Source of the DNA: an uncultured virus (IMG/VR IMGVR_UViG_3300025327_000016)
Taxonomy: Duplodnaviria; Heunggongvirae; Uroviricota; Caudoviricetes
Length of the DNA stretch: 64,000 nt
IMG/VR virus record: IMGVR_UViG_3300025327_000016
Coordinates: 1-64,000 of that record
Direction: 5' to 3' (one strand)
Below are positions 17,044-26,959 of this stretch, piece after piece; within the stretch, counting starts at the first letter, position 1, and each line of letters opens with the position of its first letter. The translations under genes and the position numbers were made by a program. The notes beneath the pieces were generated by a model. It did not search any database, was not told the DNA's origin, and saw only the letters and a list, made by a program, of their open reading frames with translations.

Positions 17044-17045
17044 TT

Positions 17046-18194
17046 ATGTTATTTACCGAACAGCAACTTATAGAATTATTAGAACGGTTAAGTAATGAGA
17101 CTACAGCAACATTGGTTAGTCTTAAACAAGCTTTAGTTAGTCAATTCCCCAATCTCAATGAGGCCGTATGGGATCGTAAATATATAAACAATTTACCTGA
17201 TGCTGCTTTTGCAGCCATATTACCTGGTGGTAAGAAAGATAAGGAAGGTAAAATGGTTCCTCGCAGCTTACGTAAACTACCCCATCACACAGCAAAAGTA
17301 AGTAGTCCAGATGATAATAGCAGTGTGGATTTACCGCACCTTCGTAATGCGCTTGTCCGCGCTAATCAACCAAAGACAGATTTAGGAGATAAGAAGGGTT
17401 CAGCATTGTCTCATCTTAAGAAACATGCCAAGGCACTTCTATCTTCTTATAAAGAAACTATAGAAAAGAGTGATTTAGAGGTGAAAGAGATAAGTGCAGT
17501 TGTAGCCGATTACATAACAAAAGAAGACATGAAAGCATATAGTGATGCATTAACTTCTATTAGTAAATCAATATGTGCACTTCAAGATGATATTGTAAGT
17601 ATGAAAAAAGAACAAGCTATTGTATCTGAGATAGCTTCTACAGAAAAAACAAAAGAAGAAGTAGTGGTTACTAAGAACAGCGATATTGATAAAACCATAG
17701 AAGATACCAAACAATTTTATAAACAATTAGAATTAGATTTTAGTGAGTTACAGAAAGAAAATCAAGCTCTCATCGAGGAAATAGAGCAGTTAAAAACAGA
17801 ACGTGATGAACTTAAGGCATCTGTTCACCACGGTATAGCCGAGCAAGTTGTAGAACTAAAGCTAGAACTCAACAAGCTATTACCTGAGGAGAGAGAACAA
17901 TCTCTTGAAGAACACCTTACTCGCGAAGCCTCTTCATTAGTAGATGCACTTAATGACTTAAAGAATGAGAAGGCAGAACTTAATAAGAAAGTTGTGCTAC
18001 CAGAGGTTAAGGATCCAACATTAAGCGCAGATACGGATAACGAATTGACAGCTAATGCAATGGCTGCTTCAGAAGCTAAGTTACCAGAACTTAGTGGAGA
18101 TGTACTAGATCGAGCCAAACAGGGTTGTAAGGAAGATCTAGAACAAGTAAAGTGGTTCTTAGGACAATTTGAAAACCGCTCCAAACGTAGCTAG
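17046..18194 (+). CDS. Putative scaffolding protein
   Basis: Between protease and capsid genes; acidic coiled-coil C-terminal half. Confidence 0.6.
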   Translation: MLFTEQQLIELLERLSNETTATLVSLKQALVSQFPNLNEAVWDRKYINNLPDAAFAAILPGGKKDKEGKMVPRSLRKLPHHTAKVSSPDDNSSVDLPHLRNALVRANQPKTDLGDKKGSALSHLKKHAKALLSSYKETIEKSDLEVKEISAVVADYITKEDMKAYSDALTSISKSICALQDDIVSMKKEQAIVSEIASTEKTKEEVVVTKNSDIDKTIEDTKQFYKQLELDFSELQKENQALIEEIEQLKTERDELKASVHHGIAEQVVELKLELNKLLPEEREQSLEEHLTREASSLVDALNDLKNEKAELNKKVVLPEVKDPTLSADTDNELTANAMAASEAKLPELSGDVLDRAKQGCKEDLEQVKWFLGQFENRSKRS

Positions 18195-18242
18195 TATGCA
18201 GCAACGAATGTGCCTAGAACAAAATTTTAGGAGGAATAATAA

Positions 18243-19478
18243 ATGGGTTTAATTGGTGGTAATTTTCCAGTAGGGGAAACTTTTCTAAATCCCCGCACAC
18301 AGAACAAATTAGTTATTGGTGAAGGTGTTTCTTTAGGAAGTGGATTCGTAACAGATCCAACATTACCAGTAATATTAGAATTTCCGTTCGCAGGTACTTT
18401 CTTCAGACCTGAGCGTATCGTAATTACAAAGGGTCGCATAGTTGCAGTAAGAGATCCTGGTCCTGTTGCTCCCGATCCTGACACAGGATATCCAAGAACG
18501 GTTGTTACATTAGCTAATGGAGCCAATAAACCATTAGGTATTGCTCAAACCAACTACTTTCAAGTGGTTCCTGGACGGTTCCGTGGGAACTTCCCTTCAA
18601 TACTAAGGAGAGCTCACATTGAAATACCTTACATACCAGATGTTGCTTTAGCATCAGAAATGGCATGGGCATGCGCAACTCGTGAGTCTAGTGCAGATCC
18701 CAACTTAGTACAAGGTGATTGGGTAAAGTCAGATACAGTCGGTCACTTCGTAAAATGGGTATCTGGCGTAGATGCAATAGAACAAAGAATGGGTCAAGTT
18801 ACGGGTTTAGATACACAAAAACCATTGGAAGGTTGGTTGCAATGGGTTATGTGGGAAAGCGTACAGACCATCAACGAAAAGAATGCATTCGATCCATCAA
18901 ACTGGGCTTACAATGTCTACGACATAAACCAACCACTACCGCCTTCACCTGGATTAACAGGATTGCAAGGGCACACAGATCCTTCATATAATACTTATCC
19001 GTTGCCGTTCCCCTTCGATCCTCTCTATGGATTCCCAGAACAGCTTCGTGCTGCAAATGGTATCCCTGGATTAACCGACGGTGTAATGTCTCAGAAAGAA
19101 GTATATGAAGTCGATCTTACTACATCAGTTGGTGTATATCCTGGAGATGGTTTAGCATCAGCAGATAATCTATATGTAGATGGTGGTCTTGGTACGGTTA
19201 AACTTACTCATGATCGTCTTGCTCGTCACCTGGACATTCTTAATCCAATATTAAAGATGTCTGAAATACAAGTATACGAAGACGGTGTACAGTTAAGAGA
19301 AAATGATCGCTATACAGTTCAAAGATATAAAGGTAAAATATTAATTGCTGGTGCTAGTTCCATTAAAACCTACCACGTAAAATATACCTCTCTCAAACAA
19401 GTAGTCGCAGGTATACCTACAAATATAGACTTTAAAGGATCTATTGGTGCAATAAGAATAATAGTAAATGCTCTGTAA
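18243..19478 (+). CDS. Putative capsid decoration / minor head protein
   Basis: Directly upstream of the major capsid gene, beta-rich, strong SD. Confidence 0.55.
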   Translation: MGLIGGNFPVGETFLNPRTQNKLVIGEGVSLGSGFVTDPTLPVILEFPFAGTFFRPERIVITKGRIVAVRDPGPVAPDPDTGYPRTVVTLANGANKPLGIAQTNYFQVVPGRFRGNFPSILRRAHIEIPYIPDVALASEMAWACATRESSADPNLVQGDWVKSDTVGHFVKWVSGVDAIEQRMGQVTGLDTQKPLEGWLQWVMWESVQTINEKNAFDPSNWAYNVYDINQPLPPSPGLTGLQGHTDPSYNTYPLPFPFDPLYGFPEQLRAANGIPGLTDGVMSQKEVYEVDLTTSVGVYPGDGLASADNLYVDGGLGTVKLTHDRLARHLDILNPILKMSEIQVYEDGVQLRENDRYTVQRYKGKILIAGASSIKTYHVKYTSLKQVVAGIPTNIDFKGSIGAIRIIVNAL

Positions 19479-19484
19479 GATAAG

Positions 19485-19513
19485 GAAGAGGCGAGTTAAT
19501 CGCTCGCCTCTTC
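19485..19513 (+). terminator. Intergenic hairpin (weak terminator or mRNA stabiliser)
   Basis: GAAGAGGCGAG/CTCGCCTCTTC stem. Confidence 0.45.
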
Positions 19514-19560
19514 TTCTAAGTTAATACGAGAGCGTCATCTCGAAGGAGGAAGAATAATAG

Positions 19561-20691
19561 ATGTCTAGGATTGATAGTCTAAAACTAGAGGAAAAGTATG
19601 AGATCGTAAAAGCTCACCTCGAAATGCGGTCTCGTAATACTCTTAATCCATCAAGCAGATATACAATAAACGAAGTTTTAACTTCAACTGATGCTGCAGT
19701 AATAGTTCCCAATATAGTTATTGGTGCTATCCGTGAAGCAATGGAACCCCTTTACGTACTCGGGTCTATGCTTCCTGAGATTACATTAGAGAAAGGTGTA
19801 TCTATAGAGTTCCCCTCTATTGGTGTATTACGGGCACATTTTGTAGATGAACTTGGAGAATATAGGCAAGACTATCTTGATATTCAACGTCATCGTCAAA
19901 GTCTCGATGTGAGAGTGCGTAAGTTTGGTCTTATGATTGAACTCTCTGACGAGTTAATTGAAGATGCTCAGTGGGATGTTGTGGGTCTTCATATGAAAGC
20001 TGCAGGTCAAGCTATGGCTCGGTTTAAAGAAGAGTGGTTATTCCACGAATTTAATAAATTCGGTCATGTTGTATTTGACAACAGCTTACCTGGAACGGAT
20101 GCTCATACTACAGGTGTAGGTCCAACAGGTTCACCCAATAATACCTTGAGCCCATTTGATTTTATTGATATGTACTATGCAATGCATGCAAATGGTTTTA
20201 TACCCACCACACTACTTATTCATCCATTAGCATGGTCTGTATTTGCCAAAAACGAAATACTTGGCTCTCTTGGACAGCAAATTGTTCATGTTACACAGAA
20301 TCTTGCTAAGCCCATCAGAGATCTGAAACTACCATCAGTAGGTGCTAACCAGTTACCTACTGCTTTTGCAAGAGCTAATGATGGTGCAGAAGTTATCTCT
20401 AGAAACTTACCATTACCTCTAGAAGTCATCCCTACACCTTTTGCGCCTATCGACCTAATCAATAAAACATTCGATATGTATTTAATTGATCGCAATGCAG
20501 TTGGATGTTGGGTAGTTAAATCCGATATGGAAATTGAAGAATTCAAAGATCCTCGCAAGGATGTTCAGTCTATGCGTATTCGTGAACGGAGAGCTCCTGG
20601 TATATTCAATGAAGGTCGTGCAATATCTGTTGCTAAGAATATATCCCTACAACCTTCTTACAATCCTGCTCTTCTCGTCAAAACGATATAA
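19561..20691 (+). CDS. Major capsid protein (HK97 fold)
   Basis: KFGLMIELSDELIEDAQWDV...AMARFKE, LLIHPLAW; strong SD; terminator downstream. Confidence 0.88.
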   Translation: MSRIDSLKLEEKYEIVKAHLEMRSRNTLNPSSRYTINEVLTSTDAAVIVPNIVIGAIREAMEPLYVLGSMLPEITLEKGVSIEFPSIGVLRAHFVDELGEYRQDYLDIQRHRQSLDVRVRKFGLMIELSDELIEDAQWDVVGLHMKAAGQAMARFKEEWLFHEFNKFGHVVFDNSLPGTDAHTTGVGPTGSPNNTLSPFDFIDMYYAMHANGFIPTTLLIHPLAWSVFAKNEILGSLGQQIVHVTQNLAKPIRDLKLPSVGANQLPTAFARANDGAEVISRNLPLPLEVIPTPFAPIDLINKTFDMYLIDRNAVGCWVVKSDMEIEEFKDPRKDVQSMRIRERRAPGIFNEGRAISVAKNISLQPSYNPALLVKTI

Positions 20692-20720
20692 TTAGTTTAA
20701 CAAGTATAATTAAGAAGCAA

Positions 20721-20759
20721 AAGAAGAACAGGGCTGCTCCAGCCCTGTTCTTCTTGTTT
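20721..20759 (+). terminator. Intrinsic terminator after the major capsid gene
   Basis: 16-bp stem AAGAAGAACAGGGCTG/CAGCCCTGTTCTTCTT. Confidence 0.75.
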
Positions 20760-20849
20760 ATATCGCTATTATTTCTTAGTAGGAAACAAGATATATGTTA
20801 GCTGGCTGCTACCTAAGTAAATTACAACTTCTTGGAGGATATAATTTTT

Positions 20850-21173
20850 ATGAAGGTAGCACTACATCCATATAATCCGTCAGCAGCTTCTTATTTTGAT
20901 ACATTAACGCAAACAAACCTATCTCTTGGTTCACCTGTATCATCCGATCTTAACGATCAAATGGATTTAAGCGGTATTAAGGTAGCTATAAATACAGGAG
21001 TATTAGTAGTTATTGAAGGTAAAATAGATGGTATTAAACCACCCAATGTAATTCCAACACGCTGCAGGTGGAGTGATGAAGCTAAACAGAAACATGATAT
21101 GGATAAAATTATGAAGAAGTGGAATGATACGATCAGTAGGCTTTCAGCTAAGGCTGAAGCAACAACAGCTTAA
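20850..21173 (+). CDS. Hypothetical virion-associated protein
   Basis: SD GGAGG; N-terminus resembles the next gene (VAL...Y.D..T.TNLS...P.S.DL). Confidence 0.65.
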   Translation: MKVALHPYNPSAASYFDTLTQTNLSLGSPVSSDLNDQMDLSGIKVAINTGVLVVIEGKIDGIKPPNVIPTRCRWSDEAKQKHDMDKIMKKWNDTISRLSAKAEATTA

Positions 21174-21190
21174 CTAGGAGGGCAAGCAAT

Positions 21191-21715
21191 ATGCCTCATA
21201 TTCCCTTAACAGTAGCATTAAATGAAGATGCACCTAAGCATATTCGATATGCCCATTATTGGGACCCTATTACAGGGACTAATCTAAGTCATTTAAACCC
21301 CATATCTGGAGATCTACGCGGTAAGGATCTTACCAATATTGCTAAAGCTATCTTAGATGGTATTATTGTCAAGGTTACAGGTGAGATGACATTAGAGTTT
21401 GGTGGAGAAACTAGAGTACGTACAGAGCGTATTATAGATACAGATGTAAATGGTTCTTCATCAGTTCAAAGTGCTGTGGTAAGTGTAGGAGATGTAAACA
21501 AGGTAGTAGGTTATGTAGTAACAACAGGTAACTTTTCTATTCAGTTAGAACTCTCGCCAGATGGCGAGGAATGGTATGTATATGACACAGTAAGTGTTAA
21601 CAATAACAGGGCTATCATAGGTTTTGATATGCCATCTCTTTATATACGAATTACATGCGCTAATGCTGATGTAACAACAAAACACGCATTAGTTACATTA
21701 CACGTAAGGATATAA
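21191..21715 (+). CDS. Hypothetical virion-associated protein
   Basis: ORF with SD; N-terminal similarity to the 20850 gene. Confidence 0.7.
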   Translation: MPHIPLTVALNEDAPKHIRYAHYWDPITGTNLSHLNPISGDLRGKDLTNIAKAILDGIIVKVTGEMTLEFGGETRVRTERIIDTDVNGSSSVQSAVVSVGDVNKVVGYVVTTGNFSIQLELSPDGEEWYVYDTVSVNNNRAIIGFDMPSLYIRITCANADVTTKHALVTLHVRI

Positions 21716-21731
21716 TAGGAGCGTGAAATAA

Positions 21732-22364
21732 ATGGCTAAAGAAATAACAGTTGGTGGTCAACAAGGCGGAGCCGATAATACCATCACTACTTATCAGGAC
21801 TTAGGTACGTACGTTAGATTAGATAGGATGGAAGCGCTCCTCGGTAAAACTATAGAGGCTGTAGACGCTCTCACCAAACAAACAAGTTATTCTATAGATA
21901 GTATGAAGAGTACTATGATAGATATAGTTAAGAATACATTGCAATCTATGAATATAACTATGGTATCCAAATTAGATGAAATTCATAATTCCCTTGTAGA
22001 CATTGCAGGATCTATGTTTGCTCAAGAACAAGAGATGGTTCATAAATTAAATGCTATGATGGGTTGTCTTACGGCGCTTCAAAGCCTTAGTACTTCCATC
22101 GTTGGTAAGGACAACAAGGATATAATAGTACCATTAACAACGATGGTATCTAAGATAGATTCTATGATGGAGTTACAAAAACAATTAATAGGTGCTACTA
22201 ATCAACTAGCCTCTAATACAGTAACCTCAATTAATTCAGTGGCTAATGTTATTGCTCAGTCGGAAGATAAAGCTGCTACAAGTATGATAACAGAACTTAA
22301 AGCACTGAAGGATACCGTAGTATCTATAAATACTACTATGAAGGAAGCCTACCGTTTAAAATAA
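21732..22364 (+). CDS. Coiled-coil protein
   Basis: Heptad-like helical composition. Confidence 0.7.
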   Translation: MAKEITVGGQQGGADNTITTYQDLGTYVRLDRMEALLGKTIEAVDALTKQTSYSIDSMKSTMIDIVKNTLQSMNITMVSKLDEIHNSLVDIAGSMFAQEQEMVHKLNAMMGCLTALQSLSTSIVGKDNKDIIVPLTTMVSKIDSMMELQKQLIGATNQLASNTVTSINSVANVIAQSEDKAATSMITELKALKDTVVSINTTMKEAYRLK

Positions 22365-22389
22365 TAATATACAACATAGGATTATTACT

Positions 22390-23274
22390 ATGGCAGATGA
22401 AGAAATAATATTGGGAGGCCAACATCTTGTTGGCCAAGCTTTTTTAAATGACGAACGCGAAGAACTAGTATTTGATGATGATATTAAAACCAAGCTTCAA
22501 ACCATCATAGATCTCTTAGAAGATTTACCTATTAATATTGATTTAGACGAATTAAATATTAATACAGACGAGTTAGAACTTAAGTTAGATGATATCATTG
22601 CCTTATTAACCACAATCAGAAACAATGCTGATGAGGTGGAAGATAAGTTAGACACCATAGATCTAACTCTTACAAATGGTACCGCAGAAGTTAAGATAAC
22701 AAACGGAGTTGATACGGTAGGTATATCAACCATAGGTACAGATAAAGCTCTAAAGGTTGATATCGTAGGCGGAACACTAACAGGTCAAATAGACGAAACA
22801 TCATTTGCAGAAGGCGTAGATGAATTCATACCTATTGGTGGCATACTCAACGATACAATTGCTAGTGATCCTACTGAAGATCAAGCAGCAGCAGCCCGTA
22901 TAACGCCCAAGCGTGCCATACACACTAATCTCAGAGATAATGATGGTAATGAACTAGGCATAGACAGTAATCCTCTTATAGTTAATATAGAGCAAGCGTC
23001 ACCAGGTTTAAGCGGCACTATCCTAACAACAGATATAACCATAGGTATGATTGCGTCTCTTCTTCCCTCATCCGTATTGATTGATAGGAAAACAATAATG
23101 GTACAGAACAAATCTACATCTACGGCTATTTATGTAGGTGGAAGTGGTGTTACTACAACCAACGGATTTAGGATAGGTCCTAGGGATAGCTGGTCAATGG
23201 ATATCGGATCTGCTAGTCTGTATGGTATATCTACTTCTGCTAGCATTCCAGCTGTTATAATGGAAGTTTCTTAG
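22390..23274 (+). CDS. Putative head fibre / decoration protein
   Basis: C-terminal beta domain shared with 23311-23718 (DRKTI..QN.S...IY.GGS.VTT..G). Confidence 0.65.
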   Translation: MADEEIILGGQHLVGQAFLNDEREELVFDDDIKTKLQTIIDLLEDLPINIDLDELNINTDELELKLDDIIALLTTIRNNADEVEDKLDTIDLTLTNGTAEVKITNGVDTVGISTIGTDKALKVDIVGGTLTGQIDETSFAEGVDEFIPIGGILNDTIASDPTEDQAAAARITPKRAIHTNLRDNDGNELGIDSNPLIVNIEQASPGLSGTILTTDITIGMIASLLPSSVLIDRKTIMVQNKSTSTAIYVGGSGVTTTNGFRIGPRDSWSMDIGSASLYGISTSASIPAVIMEVS

Positions 23275-23310
23275 TTGTAATTAATGTAGTTATAAGGGAG
23301 ATGATGTGAT

Positions 23311-23718
23311 ATGTCAGGATTTATTACCAATCATGATGTTGAGGTAATAGCAGAGTTACCTGCTGGTAGTCAGATTATAGGTGAGGTTGGACTAGATACT
23401 AGTGCTAATACTATTAAAATAGATCCAGCCAATAACACAGTTACATTTGGTGGATATAGTGGTAGTATGCAGACTACTGCAGTTACGGTTGGAACATCAG
23501 CGGTTGCACTGCCTGCATCTACTTTAACTGATAGAAAAACTATATTCTTACAAAATAACAGTAATACTACCATATATCTTGGTGGTAGTGCGGTTACCAC
23601 TGCCGATGGTATTAAAGTACTTAAGGGAGATTCTTTCTCTATAGATATAGGTAGTGTTGTATTATATGCTATCGCAGGAAGTGCTGGTAATGAAGTCAGA
23701 GTTATGGAAATATCATAA
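23311..23718 (+). CDS. Putative decoration protein, paralog of the 22390 C-terminus
   Basis: Shared domain ending VMEIS/IMEVS. Confidence 0.65.
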   Translation: MSGFITNHDVEVIAELPAGSQIIGEVGLDTSANTIKIDPANNTVTFGGYSGSMQTTAVTVGTSAVALPASTLTDRKTIFLQNNSNTTIYLGGSAVTTADGIKVLKGDSFSIDIGSVVLYAIAGSAGNEVRVMEIS

Positions 23719-23738
23719 ACTTAATATTATAGGATAGT

Positions 23739-24920
23739 ATGGGAATAAATTCATTTAATGATGGTGCTGCAGACCAGGGAAGTCCAACTTCCCTGGCTAA
23801 TGCCTGGCCTGTTGTGGTTACAGATGGTACCAATACAGTAGGTGTAACGGACAACAACTTAAATGTTACCTTAGGTAATAATCCCAAGGTTGGCATTACT
23901 GATTATGTATTTAGCTATGATAATATAGTTAGTACATTTGGTGAGATTAAAACAGCTAGCACAATAAAACTAGCGGGTGGTAATTTTTCAGTCACTCCTC
24001 TTGATGTTGGAATATGGTTATCTTCACTGGTTAATGGAGGTTCTCAAACAGTATCAGGTGGTGAGCTTGTTTGTCATACAGGAACTACTGCCAATGGTTC
24101 TGTCTCTATTTATTCGCAAGATATAGGTATTTTTTCCTCTGGTTCAGCTAATATTTATATAGCAGGGGTAAGACTACCAGATATAGGAACAACCAATAAT
24201 AGGCGTAGGTGGGGAGTATTCTCAAGCGATTTAGCCGATGCAGCCTACTATGAGATAAATGGAACAACGGTTAATATTGGCATAAGAAAAGGTAGTTCGG
24301 ATACGGTTGTTAGTAGTTTTAATGGAGGTAATTCTTTTGTATTAGATATTAATTATCACTTATATGAGATATACTATACACAAGGTGCTATAATATTTCT
24401 TCAAGATAAAAAGTTAATACATAAAGTTACTCCTACTACTACTACATTAACCTCAACATTAACGTTTTTAGTTAGGTTTGAAAATACGAATCTTAATTCA
24501 AGTACTATCGATGTTCACCTATATGCTCGTAGTGGTATGATATTACGACTAGGAGCATCCAATGATGCCGATCTTAACACCACTAACTCTCTTCTGACAG
24601 AGGGGATGCTTACTTTTTCTAGTGAGTTCACTTCAGGAGCAGGTGGAATTGTTCCATCTCAAACAATTATAACTCCCACTTCAGGTAAAAAAATTAGTAT
24701 TAAGAACATAGTAATAAATATAGAGTCTAATGGAACGGTAGAAGTAGACTTCTTAACTTCTGCTATAAAAGTATATAGAATATATAGTGGTGGTAATAAT
24801 TTTAATCAGTCTGGCGTTATGCATATTGAGGGTGCTCCAAACGAAGTGCTTTCACTTAGTGCTTACGGTATGGGCGCTAATAAGAAACTGTTTATTCTTG
24901 TAGCTTATGATTTGGAGTAA
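23739..24920 (+). CDS. Beta-rich putative virion protein
   Basis: Thr/Ser/Gly-rich; AWPVVVTDG fibre-like motif. Confidence 0.65.
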   Translation: MGINSFNDGAADQGSPTSLANAWPVVVTDGTNTVGVTDNNLNVTLGNNPKVGITDYVFSYDNIVSTFGEIKTASTIKLAGGNFSVTPLDVGIWLSSLVNGGSQTVSGGELVCHTGTTANGSVSIYSQDIGIFSSGSANIYIAGVRLPDIGTTNNRRRWGVFSSDLADAAYYEINGTTVNIGIRKGSSDTVVSSFNGGNSFVLDINYHLYEIYYTQGAIIFLQDKKLIHKVTPTTTTLTSTLTFLVRFENTNLNSSTIDVHLYARSGMILRLGASNDADLNTTNSLLTEGMLTFSSEFTSGAGGIVPSQTIITPTSGKKISIKNIVINIESNGTVEVDFLTSAIKVYRIYSGGNNFNQSGVMHIEGAPNEVLSLSAYGMGANKKLFILVAYDLE

Positions 24921-24929
24921 TAGAATAAA

Positions 24930-25556
24930 ATGCAGATAAATCATATAACCTATAGTTTATTTAAGGAAATTAATAACTCTCTTAATTTACAAGTAGGTTA
25001 TGTCGAGTATAGTAATTATTACGATATTTGTGTAGTAGATCGTAATAAAGATATTGTTTATTTAACTAGGGCTCTTAAAGATCAGGGTGTTGATAATATA
25101 GATTTTGATACCAATCTAAGGCCATCTGCAACATCCTCTAATATATTAGAGGATTTTATTACTGCTCAATTAGTACTTAATAGACCTTTTTATAGAGATT
25201 TTCCAACAGTTGTTCCTATTTCCGAATTATTTGAAAAAATAGAATTAACTACAGGAGAAATTAGTTTAGAAAGCGGTAAAACTCATCAAATAGATTTCAT
25301 ACCTGATAATGGTGTTAAATGGAATTTACACAGTCTACAACTGAATACAGAGTATAGGGGTAATATTAAATTAATACATGATCCCGTTGGTGATAATATA
25401 TTGATTGTTAAAATATCACATAGTGATGCTGGTTTTACCGAAGCACATATAGATCATGAAATGTTAGGAGACGGTGTAATACCTATTAGAGTAATACTAA
25501 CTTCATTACAAAATAGTAATACATTAAGTGCGTGGATCAGGGGAGTAATCAAATAA
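24930..25556 (+). CDS. Hypothetical virion protein (shared N-terminal domain A)
   Basis: N-terminal similarity to the 25556 and 26956 genes. Confidence 0.65.
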   Translation: MQINHITYSLFKEINNSLNLQVGYVEYSNYYDICVVDRNKDIVYLTRALKDQGVDNIDFDTNLRPSATSSNILEDFITAQLVLNRPFYRDFPTVVPISELFEKIELTTGEISLESGKTHQIDFIPDNGVKWNLHSLQLNTEYRGNIKLIHDPVGDNILIVKISHSDAGFTEAHIDHEMLGDGVIPIRVILTSLQNSNTLSAWIRGVIK

Positions 25557-26959
25557 TGATGCAAGAGTTATTTGTAAAATATACGCAACTAAAATACCTA
25601 TCCCTACTTTTAGATCTGAAGATAGGATATATAGATTTAGTTGATACCTATAGTTTAATGGTTGTAGATGTACTATCTAATAATATATATAAAATAAATC
25701 TTACTAAACCCAACAATGGGATTGTCATAGATCAGTTACAATTAGATAGTTATAATGATTTTATTAATAATATACTACCTACGGCTATGTTATGTGAAAG
25801 TATTGATGACTGTATTGCAAATGCGATTTATGATTATCAGTCTTACTCTCACACAGGCATGCTGACTAATATTAATGATATGGTTTCGATTCGAACAAGT
25901 AAAAGAAGAAATGTGGTTTTTCAATTAATACATACCGCATTCACGGGGACAATAATATTTGAAGCTACTGTTGATAATAGTGGGGTGTGGACTCCTATAT
26001 TCGGATATGTGGCTGGTACAGGTCAGTCTTCAACCACATTTATCAATCCAACATCTGGTTCTGTATTTAGATGTACTGTAGCGGGATTTACCCAAGTTAG
26101 GATAAGATTATTAGGTGTGGGGTCTGGCTCTACTAATATTGTCACATCAGTAACCAATGAAACCAGCGGTGTGTTTCTCAATTTTCCATTGCCTATAGGA
26201 AATAACACAATAGGTAGTATTAATCAAGCAGGTACTTGGAATATTACAGACATTACAGGTACGGTGTCTTTGCCTACAGGTGCTTCTACAGAAACAACAT
26301 TGTTGGCAGCCAACAATAATCTCGACGAAATAGCTTTGAATACAGATAAATTGGATGTTGATTTATCAACACGTCTATCAGAAGTGGATTTTGATAATAG
26401 AATTGGTGAGGTTCAATTAAATCCAACAGATTATACTGTATTAGGAAGACTAAAGGATATAGTAGATAGGCTTGGAGATATTACGGTAGTTTCTAGTGGA
26501 GATGTCTGGCAAGTTATGTCTTCGCAATCAAAAGCTTTTATTACAACTACTTCTGTTGTAATTCCAAGCCAAACAGCTCCAATATTTCTATTGAAAAATC
26601 CAAGTACAGATAAGATAATGAGGGTTAAATCTATACATATTACTTCAACAGATGAAGAAAATATTATTTTCATATATAAGAACGGAACTATTACATCCAA
26701 TGGAACATATGTTGCAATTAATAACTTGAAAGATCTTGCTATCTCTTCTAGTATGTTGGTTTATCGTACTCCTACTACTTCTAGTTATGGCACCAAACTA
26801 ATTGAATCAGTCAACTCTGATGAAGAATTTTTTGTATTTAATTTTGAATTAGCCCTATATATAAATCCAGGTGAAAATCTATTGGTAGTTGGTAAAAAAG
26901 GAAATAATTCTAACTCCAATGGAACAGTTACGGTTATGTTTGGTGAGGAGTTATTATGA
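25556..26959 (+). CDS. Putative fibre-like virion protein (shared N-terminal domain A)
   Basis: LPIGNNTIGSI and LPTGASTETTL fibre-type motifs. Confidence 0.65.
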   Translation: MMQELFVKYTQLKYLSLLLDLKIGYIDLVDTYSLMVVDVLSNNIYKINLTKPNNGIVIDQLQLDSYNDFINNILPTAMLCESIDDCIANAIYDYQSYSHTGMLTNINDMVSIRTSKRRNVVFQLIHTAFTGTIIFEATVDNSGVWTPIFGYVAGTGQSSTTFINPTSGSVFRCTVAGFTQVRIRLLGVGSGSTNIVTSVTNETSGVFLNFPLPIGNNTIGSINQAGTWNITDITGTVSLPTGASTETTLLAANNNLDEIALNTDKLDVDLSTRLSEVDFDNRIGEVQLNPTDYTVLGRLKDIVDRLGDITVVSSGDVWQVMSSQSKAFITTTSVVIPSQTAPIFLLKNPSTDKIMRVKSIHITSTDEENIIFIYKNGTITSNGTYVAINNLKDLAISSSMLVYRTPTTSSYGTKLIESVNSDEEFFVFNFELALYINPGENLLVVGKKGNNSNSNGTVTVMFGEELL

